Source: an uncultured delta proteobacterium (GTDB lineage Bacteria > Myxococcota > Myxococcia > Myxococcales > Myxococcaceae). From it: DNA of 64,000 nt. Location of the stretch: contig CAWCKH010000003.1 of the NCBI GenBank assembly GCA_963796055.1, forward strand, positions 64,001 through 128,000. The letters are read 5' to 3'. How positions within the stretch are numbered: the stretch's first letter is position 1; every line of letters begins with the position of its first letter. Shown here in pieces: positions 1-7,840 of the stretch. The notes under the pieces were generated by a model. It did no database searches, was not told where the DNA came from, and saw nothing but the letters and a program-made list of their open reading frames with translations. The position numbers and the translations under genes are program-made.

Positions 1-65
1 GACTCGAGCAGCATCTCCAGCACCAGCTGGGCGTGCGTCGTGTCCTGACGATCGGAGGGCACCAT
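1..65 (-). CDS. Possible N-terminus of a CDS running off the left edge (MVPSDRQDTTHAQLVLEMLLE...)
   Basis: ATG at 65, open frame to the edge with GC3-rich codons, 37 bp downstream of the co-oriented gene at 103-702; too short to assign. Confidence 0.3.
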   Translation of the reverse strand, partial: MVPSDRQDTTHAQLVLEMLLE

Positions 66-102
66 CGGGCTCGGGGCGGCAGTGTGCCACGCCCCCCAGA
101 CC

Positions 103-702
103 TCAGCGAAGCGGCGCCACCTCGAAGGCGGTGAGGCGCAGCTCGGCAGTGGGCACGCTGCGCGTCCCCTCCTCCAGCGCGGTCCGGACCTGGACGATGC
201 CCACCCCGGCGGCGAAGGTCACCCGGTTGACCAGGAGGCGGCCCGGCGTGGCCGGGTCGGCAACTGTCCGGCTCTCCACCTCCACGCAGTCCTCGAACCG
301 CCCCACCGGGGCCTGGCACGGCGCCCGGACGGAGAGCACCCGGTAGTGCTCGGCCGAGCCCGGAGCCACCACGCTGGTCCAGGTCGCGCCCACCGTGAGC
401 GGCTCGTGGAGGAGGTAGCGGACCTGGTCCCGGATGCCCTCCCCATCCACCCGCAGGGCCCGGCCATCCCCATCGACGTAGCTGCCGTCGCGGAAGGCAA
501 CGACCTCCACCCGGCGGGTCGACTTCTCGCCCAGGTAGCTCGCGTCGTAGGTCCAGTGGTTGCCGACGGCGAGCGGGAAGTACCGGGCCGACTCCGGCAT
601 CCGCCCTGCCGGTGCGCTTGCAGCCGCAGCCGGCGGCGGAGTGGACGGGTGCGCACACCCCAGGAGACCGGCGGCGAGCACTGCCCAGCGGGGCAGGGTC
701 AC
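103..702 (-). CDS. Hypothetical lipoprotein (199 aa)
   Basis: Signal peptide with lipobox LLGC; YFPLAVGNHWTY ... GRFEDC ... FAAGVGIV pattern of beta-rich secreted proteins; GTGA overlap with the upstream stop. Confidence 0.75.
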   Translation of the reverse strand: MTLPRWAVLAAGLLGCAHPSTPPPAAAASAPAGRMPESARYFPLAVGNHWTYDASYLGEKSTRRVEVVAFRDGSYVDGDGRALRVDGEGIRDQVRYLLHEPLTVGATWTSVVAPGSAEHYRVLSVRAPCQAPVGRFEDCVEVESRTVADPATPGRLLVNRVTFAAGVGIVQVRTALEEGTRSVPTAELRLTAFEVAPLR

Positions 703-1688
703 CAGGGACGCCCCCCGGGGGCGAGGCTGGCGTTCCGCTGGGTGCGGCTCTGGTTGCCGAGCCGCCCGTGGCGCTCCATCTCCTCCAGGGCCTGGCGTGC
801 GGCATCGCGTACCGCGGGCTGATCGTGTCCCTGTGACATCGTGTACAGGTAGGCCTGCGCCTCGTCTCCGCCGATCGCCCCCAGCGCGTACACCAGCTCG
901 CGGAGAAACCCCGGATCCTTGCCCCGGCTGATCTCGATGAGCTCGGGGACGGCCTCCCGGGCCTGCAGCTCGACCAGGCCGCCGATGGCGCGCCGCACAC
1001 CCAGCGGGTCGTCGCCGCGGAGCTGCTCGACCAGCGCGGGGACGGCAGCCCGGTTGCCGCGGGCGACCAGCGCCGACATCGCCGCGTCACGGACCAGCGG
1101 GTCGCGGGCATGGAGGTCCTTCACCAGACGGGCGTCGTCCCGCTTCCGCGCGTCGAGGTGCGCCCGGGCCTCCTTCACCAGCCGGTCCAGCACCTGGTCC
1201 AGAGCGCGGCGAGCGGCCTCCTGTCGACCCTCGAGCGCGTCGCCCTCCACCGGCTGCGTCCGGGTCGCCTGGAGCGCGATGCGCTCGACTCCATCGTCGG
1301 TGCTCCGCCGGATGCCGAGGGAGGCGGTCACCTCCTCCAGGCCGGGCAGGCCCGAGGCGTTCATCTGCTCCTGGACCGCATCCACCTCGAGGGTGACACG
1401 GACCGCCCCCTCGACCCCGCGGGCACCGGGGTCGAGCAGCTTGAAGCCACGGTCAGGCACGAGCCGGGCCGAGAGCTGGGCCTGGGCCTGCGAGGGGGTG
1501 AGAGCGAGGAGCTGCGCCTCGGCCAGCGAGGCAGCCACCACCTCCACCCGCTCGACCGGGTGCGGTGGTGGCTTGCACCCGGCAAGCAGTACCAGCCCGG
1601 CAGCAACGGAGGCCGTCCTCAGCACGCGGGGAAGCTTAACAAGGGGAGCGGGGCCGCGGCTCGTGCCCTCCGTTGCCCCGGGGCTCAC
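699..1688 (-). CDS. HEAT-repeat-containing putative lipoprotein
   Basis: Lipobox LLAGC; C-terminal HEAT-like repeats (DPLVRDAAMSAL, DPLGVRRAIGGL, QPAVRDAARQAL); GTGA coupling to the upstream gene; true start could be slightly downstream. Confidence 0.75.
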   Translation of the reverse strand: MSPGATEGTSRGPAPLVKLPRVLRTASVAAGLVLLAGCKPPPHPVERVEVVAASLAEAQLLALTPSQAQAQLSARLVPDRGFKLLDPGARGVEGAVRVTLEVDAVQEQMNASGLPGLEEVTASLGIRRSTDDGVERIALQATRTQPVEGDALEGRQEAARRALDQVLDRLVKEARAHLDARKRDDARLVKDLHARDPLVRDAAMSALVARGNRAAVPALVEQLRGDDPLGVRRAIGGLVELQAREAVPELIEISRGKDPGFLRELVYALGAIGGDEAQAYLYTMSQGHDQPAVRDAARQALEEMERHGRLGNQSRTQRNASLAPGGRPW

Positions 1689-3388
1689 CCCTGCTCGGGG
1701 GCCGAGGACCGACCGCCGCCCGACGACGGCTCCGACGGGGGCTCCGCGGAAGCCGTCGCCCGCTCCGGAGCGCCTGTCGTGCCTTCGGAGGCCGGCGCGC
1801 CCGCGGACGGGTCCGGCGCCCCGGGCGTTCCGGGAGCAGGCTCGCGACCACGGCCTCGGCGACCTCGGCGACGCCGGCGGCGACGCTTGCGCTCCCCCGC
1901 GCCCGCCTCCCCCGGAGTCCCCGGCGCGTCCTCGGCGCCCGCCGCCCCGCCACCCTCGGTCGGGGCCTCCTCCGGTCCCTCCTCCTCACCCTCGTCCTCG
2001 CCCCCGACGTCGTCCTCGGCGGAGCCGGCCTCCTCCGCGGCCGGAGGCTCGCTGGGCTCGGGGCGTCCGGGGCGCTCGTCCCGTTCCTCGCGCTCGCGGT
2101 GCCGCTCCTCCCGGCGCCGGCGCGACTCCTCCGCGCCCCGGGCGGCCTCCTCGAAGAACGACGGGTCCAGCTCGAACAGCTCGAGCGGTACCACCCGCAC
2201 GCCGCTGTGCGACTCGAGGAACTTCTCGGCCAGCCCCTCCCCGGCCCAGACGTGAACCTGCGCCCCCGAGAGCGCCTCGGAGCGGGCGTCGCTCCGGAGA
2301 TCTCCGGTGGCGAGGAGCAGCGCAGTGTGTGCGGACTGGTGCTGCAGATCGCGGCGGCAGTCCTGGACCACGCGGCGATCCACCGGGCCGTTGCCGCGGT
2401 GGATGCGAATCACCCAGCGCAGCTCCAGGCTCCCGTCCTTGCGTCGGGCGGTGAGCAGCTGGCCGTGGTTGCCGCGCCTGGCGACCTTGATCTCCCGGAA
2501 GTGGAGCGCGTGGAGCATCTTCGCGCACGCCTTCTCCAGCGTCCCTGGCTCGAGCGAGGCCAGGTGCGCACGGAGGGCGCGGGCCGTCGCCCGGCGGGCC
2601 TCCTTGACCGCGCTCTTGGCCGCGTGGACCAGCCCGTCGTCGACCAGCGGCTCGGCAGTCGAGGGCGGCGGCTGGCGGAAGGCGATCCCGCCATCGGTGA
2701 ACGGCAGATCGAGCGCCCTGGCGAAGGCGGCCTGGACCTCGGCGACCGGCGCGTCGTCGCGCTCGAGCATCAGCGCACCGGTGGGGTCGAGGGCGAAGTT
2801 GGGACGTCGACCGGCGTCGATGCGCCGCTGGTTCTCCTCGGCGAGGCTGGTGAGCAGCGCCTCGGGCTGCAGCTCGTCGGAGGCCAGCTGTCGCTCCCGG
2901 GCCAGCCGCAGCACCTCCGAGGGCGCCAGCGGCGCATCGGCCTCGCCGAGCAGCTCGAAGGCCACCTCGGGGATGGGCGGGTACTTGCGCTTCTTGCCCC
3001 GCTCCTCCTCCTCGTGCCGGCGCCGGCGCTCCTGCCGGCCGATGCCGCGCACGTTCTCGTTCCGCGGTTCCGGGTGGCGCTCGATGGGGCGGAGCGGGGG
3101 AAGCCCCTCCTCGGGGTGCTCGTACGGTGCGGACATCGCCTCCAGCGCGGCGGCGTCCTCGGCCATTCCCCAGGCGGTGAGGGCGAAGGTGTCGGGGGCG
3201 GTGACGGTGACCTGGCGATCGCGGGCGCGGCGGGCCATCGCCGCCAGACGGGAGAGCATCGTCTGTTCCGGCGTCTTCCCGACGTGGCTGAGGAGGCCCT
3301 GGGCGACGGACCGCTCGGTGATCTCGACCGAGGTGAGCGGCTGGCCGGCAGCCTCCAGGACCCGGAGTGCGGCCTCGTAGAATGTCAT
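1685..3388 (-). CDS. Tandem HARE-HTH (winged helix) plus Mrr-like restriction-endonuclease-fold protein with acidic/Arg-rich tail
   Basis: N-terminal MTFYEAALRVLE..PLTSVEI..GKTPEQTM.SRL is HARE-HTH-like; second copy IPEVAFELL..PLAPSEV; Mrr-type segment LASLEPGTLEK..VDRRVVQD..A.LLATG..GEGLAEKF..GV..ELDPSFF. Confidence 0.75.
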   Translation of the reverse strand: MTFYEAALRVLEAAGQPLTSVEITERSVAQGLLSHVGKTPEQTMLSRLAAMARRARDRQVTVTAPDTFALTAWGMAEDAAALEAMSAPYEHPEEGLPPLRPIERHPEPRNENVRGIGRQERRRRHEEEERGKKRKYPPIPEVAFELLGEADAPLAPSEVLRLARERQLASDELQPEALLTSLAEENQRRIDAGRRPNFALDPTGALMLERDDAPVAEVQAAFARALDLPFTDGGIAFRQPPPSTAEPLVDDGLVHAAKSAVKEARRATARALRAHLASLEPGTLEKACAKMLHALHFREIKVARRGNHGQLLTARRKDGSLELRWVIRIHRGNGPVDRRVVQDCRRDLQHQSAHTALLLATGDLRSDARSEALSGAQVHVWAGEGLAEKFLESHSGVRVVPLELFELDPSFFEEAARGAEESRRRREERHREREERDERPGRPEPSEPPAAEEAGSAEDDVGGEDEGEEEGPEEAPTEGGGAAGAEDAPGTPGEAGAGERKRRRRRRRGRRGRGREPAPGTPGAPDPSAGAPASEGTTGAPERATASAEPPSEPSSGGGRSSAPEQG

Positions 3389-3399
3389 GTGGGCGCGGG

Positions 3400-3428
3400 A
3401 CGGTAGCGGGACGGGTGCCCCCGGTCAA
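3400..3428 (-). promoter_or_regulatory. Putative sigma70 promoter for the HARE-HTH operon
   Basis: TTGACC (3428-3423), 17-bp spacer, TACCGT (3405-3400); ATG at 3388. Confidence 0.5.
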
Positions 3429-3760
3429 TCTCGCGGCGCAGGTGTTGCAGAGCCGCTCGGACCTGACTTCCGGGCGAGGAATTCGGTGAGCGACGTGAGC
3501 TCCTGCTCGGCCCGGCGCAACGCCGATCCGACCCCGACGATGGCGTCCTTGATGCTTCCGGGCAGTCGCCCACCTACCCGGTCGGAGAGCTCCACGAGCT
3601 TCGTGAACGTGGTCTCGTGGCTTTCCACCGCGGCGAGCAGCATCTGGCCGAGGTCGGGCTCGTGCGAATCGGCCTCGTTTGCGCGATGAGCTTTCTCACC
3701 TCGCTGGCTCTTCCCGCGAAACGAGCAGCACAGGGAGGTGTTTGCTGGTTGGTTGGACAT
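3425..3760 (-). pseudogene. Degenerate ORF beginning with a frameshifted ClpX-type zinc-finger fragment
   Basis: CSFRGKSQ in one frame, then one base, then EVRKLIA in another frame (3727-3682); matches ClpX CSFCGKSQxEVRKLIAG; second CxxC absent. Confidence 0.5.
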
Positions 3761-3816
3761 GGCCGGACTTGCGCTTGCAGGGCGTCACCGCCCGTGCAAC
3801 ACACCGCGACTCTCGC

Positions 3817-5964
3817 ATGCTCCGCATCCGGATCGGCCGACGCTGGACCCGCGAGCGCGGCGCCACCCCGCATGATTCGGTGTCGCTGGAGCTGGACGGG
3901 GTCGCCCTGGTCGACGGGGCCGAGGACGAGCCTCTCCTCCCGCTGGTCGAGTCGCTCCTCGGCTGCACCGCCGCGCTCGGCCGGGGCGCGCCCCTGGCCG
4001 ACATCTCCCTGCCCGAATCCGGGCTGGTGCTCTGCCTGGAGAACACCGAGGACGGCTGCACCTTGCGCATCGCGTCGCTGGCCCGGCCGGCGCGCCTGGT
4101 GCGCCGCGTCCGGCTGGACTGGGCGGAGTGGTGCGATGGCGTCGTGCGGATGGGCGAGCACTTCGCCGCCGACCTCGAGGCCTCCGCCGTCCCCGCGGCC
4201 AGCCGGCGCACCGTCCGGGAACGTCTCCGGGCGCTGCGGCAGCCCTCGCGTCTCGCGCCCGGGCGCCCGCCGGGTCCGCTCGGGCTCCGTCTCGGCGCAT
4301 CCGGCAAGGCGCTGGCGCTCCAGCTGACCGACAGCGCGGGGCTCCTCGACCGCGCCCCGCGGGGACACACGGCCGCCCTCGGCGCGCTGCTCGGCTCGGG
4401 ACGCATCTGGGTCTCGGGAACGCCCGAGGGCTGGCACCTCGACGGCCCCGTTCTGCTGCACGTGCTCGAGCTCGTCCGCTGCGGCGAGGAGGTGCAGCGT
4501 GCGCTCGGCACGGGCGTCGAGGCGATCGATCTGCAGCTGCCGGACGGCCCATCGCGGGTCTCGCTCACCGGCCCCGCGTGGACACTGGGAAAGGAGACGC
4601 TCCCCTGGACCGCCGAGGAGGTGGCCCGGGCGCTCTTGTCCCTCGGCGCCTCGGCGGCGCGGGCGGTGCGCTGGGCGGTGCCGAGCCAGCGGCGGAACCC
4701 CCATCTCGAGGAGCTCGTCACCCGCTCCGAGGCGGCGCTCGCCCTCCTTCGCCCACCGACAGGGGCACGACGGGAGAAGGCGCCGGTGCGGCGACGCAAG
4801 GCGGTCCGGGCGGCACGGGCGGTGCGCCCGCTCCGGCGCGAGGGCAGCATCCGGCGGCTGCGATTCCTCCCGGTCGCGCTCGCCCCGGGCCTGGCCGGGC
4901 CCGGGCCCGCCACGCTGGTCTCGACCGAGGCGGGCGTCGTCCTGCTCTCCGACCGAGGAATGGACGTCCTCGGCTGGGACGGGAAGCTGCAGCTGCACCG
5001 GGCCACCCCGCGGGGAGGGGCCGCCGCCACCGACGGGCACGCGCTCGGCGCCACCCGGGACCGGCTCTACGGCTACGGCATCCAGGACGCGAACCCCCGC
5101 TGGTTCCAGCCGCACGACGGTGCGGCGCTGGACCCGGTGGCCATCTCCGCAGAGCAGCTGCTCCTCTTCGGGGTGGAGCGCCGCGGGGTGCGGGCGCTGG
5201 ACGCGCTCACCGGGCGGGAGCGCTGGTCCTTCTTGCCGGCACGGACCCGCCGGCTTCATCTCGGGCTCTCGGGCGTCACCGTGCTCGCCGCCTCCGAGGC
5301 AGGCGTGCTCACCGGGCTCGACCTCCACGACGGCACGGTGCGCTTCCGGGTGGCGGCGCCCCTGCCCTTCACCGGTCCAGCGGTGGCCTGGGGACCGGTG
5401 GTGCTGGCCCCGCTCGGGCGGGAGGACCGGTCCGCCCTGCTGGCGCTCGACCCCGTCCTCGGCGAGGTGCGCTGGCTCACCGAGCTCCCCCTGCGACAGG
5501 CGGCCCCACCGACCGCCGGGGGCGCCCGGGCGTGGATCGCCGGGCTCCACGAGGACCGCCCCACCCTCGCCTGCGTGGACGTGCGCGGACAGGTCATCTG
5601 GCAGCGTGCCGTTCCGGTGCTTGACCGCCCGGTGGGCGTGCTCCGCGCCGGGGTGGAGCTGGTGGTGGTGGGCACGGCTGGGGCGGCGGTCCGGGTGCGG
5701 CGCGACGGAAAGCCGGTATGGCGCGCGGGGGCGGCGGGGGTGGTGATGACGGCCGTTCCGCCGGCCCTCGAGCACGGGGTGCTGCTCACCGCCGGCCCGG
5801 TCGTCCGCGCGCTCGACGTGCGACAGGGCCGGGTCCTGGCCGAGCTCCCGGCGGGCCGCGGCGTGCGCGCCATGGCGGTCAGCCCCCGGCTGGACCTGGC
5901 GCTGCTAGACGAATCCGGCGACCTGGCCATCCACCGGCTGGCCAGCCACTTCGCCGTGTTGTAG
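3817..5964 (+). CDS. PQQ-like (BamB-type) beta-propeller repeat protein with uncharacterised N-terminal half
   Basis: Repeated ALDALTGRERW / GLDLHDGTVRF / ALDPVLGEVRW / VDVRGQVIW / ALDVRQGRVL blades; ATG at 3817 preferred over the ORF-track start at 3679. Confidence 0.8.
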   Translation: MLRIRIGRRWTRERGATPHDSVSLELDGVALVDGAEDEPLLPLVESLLGCTAALGRGAPLADISLPESGLVLCLENTEDGCTLRIASLARPARLVRRVRLDWAEWCDGVVRMGEHFAADLEASAVPAASRRTVRERLRALRQPSRLAPGRPPGPLGLRLGASGKALALQLTDSAGLLDRAPRGHTAALGALLGSGRIWVSGTPEGWHLDGPVLLHVLELVRCGEEVQRALGTGVEAIDLQLPDGPSRVSLTGPAWTLGKETLPWTAEEVARALLSLGASAARAVRWAVPSQRRNPHLEELVTRSEAALALLRPPTGARREKAPVRRRKAVRAARAVRPLRREGSIRRLRFLPVALAPGLAGPGPATLVSTEAGVVLLSDRGMDVLGWDGKLQLHRATPRGGAAATDGHALGATRDRLYGYGIQDANPRWFQPHDGAALDPVAISAEQLLLFGVERRGVRALDALTGRERWSFLPARTRRLHLGLSGVTVLAASEAGVLTGLDLHDGTVRFRVAAPLPFTGPAVAWGPVVLAPLGREDRSALLALDPVLGEVRWLTELPLRQAAPPTAGGARAWIAGLHEDRPTLACVDVRGQVIWQRAVPVLDRPVGVLRAGVELVVVGTAGAAVRVRRDGKPVWRAGAAGVVMTAVPPALEHGVLLTAGPVVRALDVRQGRVLAELPAGRGVRAMAVSPRLDLALLDESGDLAIHRLASHFAVL

Positions 5965-5982
5965 TCGCGCGACTCTGATTGT

Positions 5983-6857
5983 GGCCGCCCGACTGTGCTG
6001 CGGCCGCCCTGATCTCCGACGACCATCGGTTCCGAGGGTCCTGAGCGTGTCCCTCGGACGCGCCGCCCGACTGTGCTGCGGCCGCCCTGATCTCCGACGA
6101 CCATCGGTTCCGAGGGTCCTGAGCGTGTCCCTCGGACGCGGCCGCCCGACTGTGCTGCGGTCGCCCTGATCTCCGACGACCATCGGTTCCGAGGGTCCTG
6201 AGCGTGTCCCTCGGACGCGGTCGCCCGACTGTGCTGCGGCCGCCCTGATCTCCGACGACTATCGGTTCCGAGGGTTCTGAGCGTGTCCCTCGGACGCGGC
6301 CGCCCGACTGTGCTGCGGTCGCCCTGATCTCCGACGACCATCGGTTCCGAGGGTCCTGAGCGTGTCCCTCGGACGCGGTCGCCCGACTGTGCTGCGGCCG
6401 CCCTGATCTCCGACGACCATCGGTTCCGAGGGTCCTGAGCGTGTCCCTCGGACGCGGCCGCCCGACTGTGCTGCGGCCGCCCTGATCTCCGACGACCATC
6501 GGTTCCGAGGGTCCTGAGCGTGTCCCTCGGACGCGGCCGCCCGACTGTGCTGCGGCCGCCCTGATCTCCGACGACCATCGGTTCCGAGGGTCCTGAGCGT
6601 GTCCCTCGGACGCGGCCGCCCGACTGTGCTGCGGCCGCCCTGATCTCCGACGACCATCGGTTCCGAGGGTCCTGAGCGTGTCCCTCGGACGCGGCCGCCC
6701 GACTGTGCTGCGGTCGCCCTGATCTCCGACGACCATCGGTTCCGAGGGTCCTGAGCGTGTCCCTCGGACGCGGTCGCCCGACTGTGCTGCGGCCGCCCTG
6801 ATCTCCGACGACTATCGGTTCCGAGGGTCCTGAGCGTGTCCCTCGGACGCGGCCGCC
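5983..6857. repeat. Tandem array of 11 near-identical 79-bp palindrome-rich units (no spacers)
   Basis: Anchor GACTGTGCTG at 5991, 6069, 6148, 6227, 6306, 6385, 6464, 6543, 6622, 6701, 6780 (period 79, first interval 78); unit GGCCGCCCGACTGTGCTGCGGCCGCCCTGATCTCCGACGACCATCGGTTCCGAGGGTCCTGAGCGTGTCCCTCGGACGC; fills the gap between convergent genes. Confidence 0.97.
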
Positions 6858-6862
6858 GTGAC

Positions 6863-7840
6863 CTACTTCTGCCCCTTGCGGGCGGCGACCGCGGGGTCGA
6901 TCTCCTCCTCGCTCCGGGTGGTCACCGTGGCGCCTTCCCAGGTCTCGCCGGGCTTCAGCTTCCAGTCGTCCGGCACCGGCAGCTTCCAGCTGTACTGGGC
7001 GTTGATGTCGCCGCCGGTCGGCGCGTGGGAACGGACCGCGACCAGCATCTCCATCTGGCTCACGTTGGCCGGCACCGGGTCGAGCTCGTACTGACCGAGC
7101 ACCGTCTGCGGAGGGAACTCGGCGATGAGCCGCTCGGGGTAGTCGTTGCGCATGCCAGGGTTGCCGGTGCTCATCTCGCCGTAGAGCTTTCCCTTGTCGT
7201 CGAGCAGCCGGAAGGTGGTGGCGAACTCGGCCCAGGTCAGCACCCGCTTCACCCCGGAGCGCTCGTCCTCGCGCGTCTCCCGCTGCGCGCCCCAGAGCAC
7301 GAGGGGGAAGCGGATCTTCGGCTTGTTCCCCACCATCACCACGTCGGCGGAGACCATGTCCAGGCGCAGTCCCTTGTCCGTGCCGGTCAGCACCGGGGCG
7401 TACTTGCCGGTGCGCATCCGGTCGAACATCGCCTTCTCCCACTCCCAGAACGCCTTGCGGTTGACGGGGTTGGCCATCGGCCCGCGCGGGCGCCCATCGG
7501 GCAGCTGCGGCAGCTCGGTCTCGGCGAGGGCCTTGGCCTTGCGGTCGATGTCCTTCAGGTAGTCGTCGTAGGCGGGGTTTCCGCCGAACTTCGCCTGCTG
7601 CGCCGAGACCTGCTCGAAGTACCAGCGCAAGTAGCCCTTGACGTCGTTCCGGTACGCGTCGGCGTCCGGGTTGCTGCGGATCCACCCCACCCGCTCCAGC
7701 GCCTCCGTTCGCAGCCGGAGCGCGGCGATCTCCTTCGCCGCCCGGGCCTGCGCTTCGGTGGCGCGCTGGTACCCCACCACCCCGGCCGCGCTGAAGCCGA
7801 GGATCACCACCAGGAGGACGATGGCCAGATTTCGGTTCAT
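6863..7840 (-). CDS. Hypothetical N-terminally membrane-anchored/secreted protein (325 aa)
   Basis: MNRNLAIVLLVVILGFSAAG hydrophobic N-terminus; strong GC3 bias; ATGA overlap with the DUF692 stop (7837-7840). Confidence 0.8.
   Translation of the reverse strand: MNRNLAIVLLVVILGFSAAGVVGYQRATEAQARAAKEIAALRLRTEALERVGWIRSNPDADAYRNDVKGYLRWYFEQVSAQQAKFGGNPAYDDYLKDIDRKAKALAETELPQLPDGRPRGPMANPVNRKAFWEWEKAMFDRMRTGKYAPVLTGTDKGLRLDMVSADVVMVGNKPKIRFPLVLWGAQRETREDERSGVKRVLTWAEFATTFRLLDDKGKLYGEMSTGNPGMRNDYPERLIAEFPPQTVLGQYELDPVPANVSQMEMLVAVRSHAPTGGDINAQYSWKLPVPDDWKLKPGETWEGATVTTRSEEEIDPAVAARKGQK

Noticed and set aside
1685..3388. Active Mrr-type restriction defence system
   Set aside because: Catalytic residues appear substituted and no methyltransferase or defence genes are nearby
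5998..6070. Hammerhead or HDV-like ribozyme in the repeat unit
   Set aside because: The three-way junction has CTGATCT rather than CTGANGA and lacks GAAA; the resemblance to HDV is limited to a P4-like hairpin with no P1.1/P3 pseudoknot
5879..6736. Repeat-encoded ORFs as an MNIO precursor peptide or real protein
   Set aside because: The 79-bp period cycles through all three frames, there is no RBS or leader/core organisation, and the open frames follow from a stop-poor GC-rich unit; Ribo-seq would be needed to exclude it fully
5983..6857. CRISPR or other guide-RNA array
   Set aside because: Units are near-identical over their whole length, with no variable spacers, and no cas genes are present in the window
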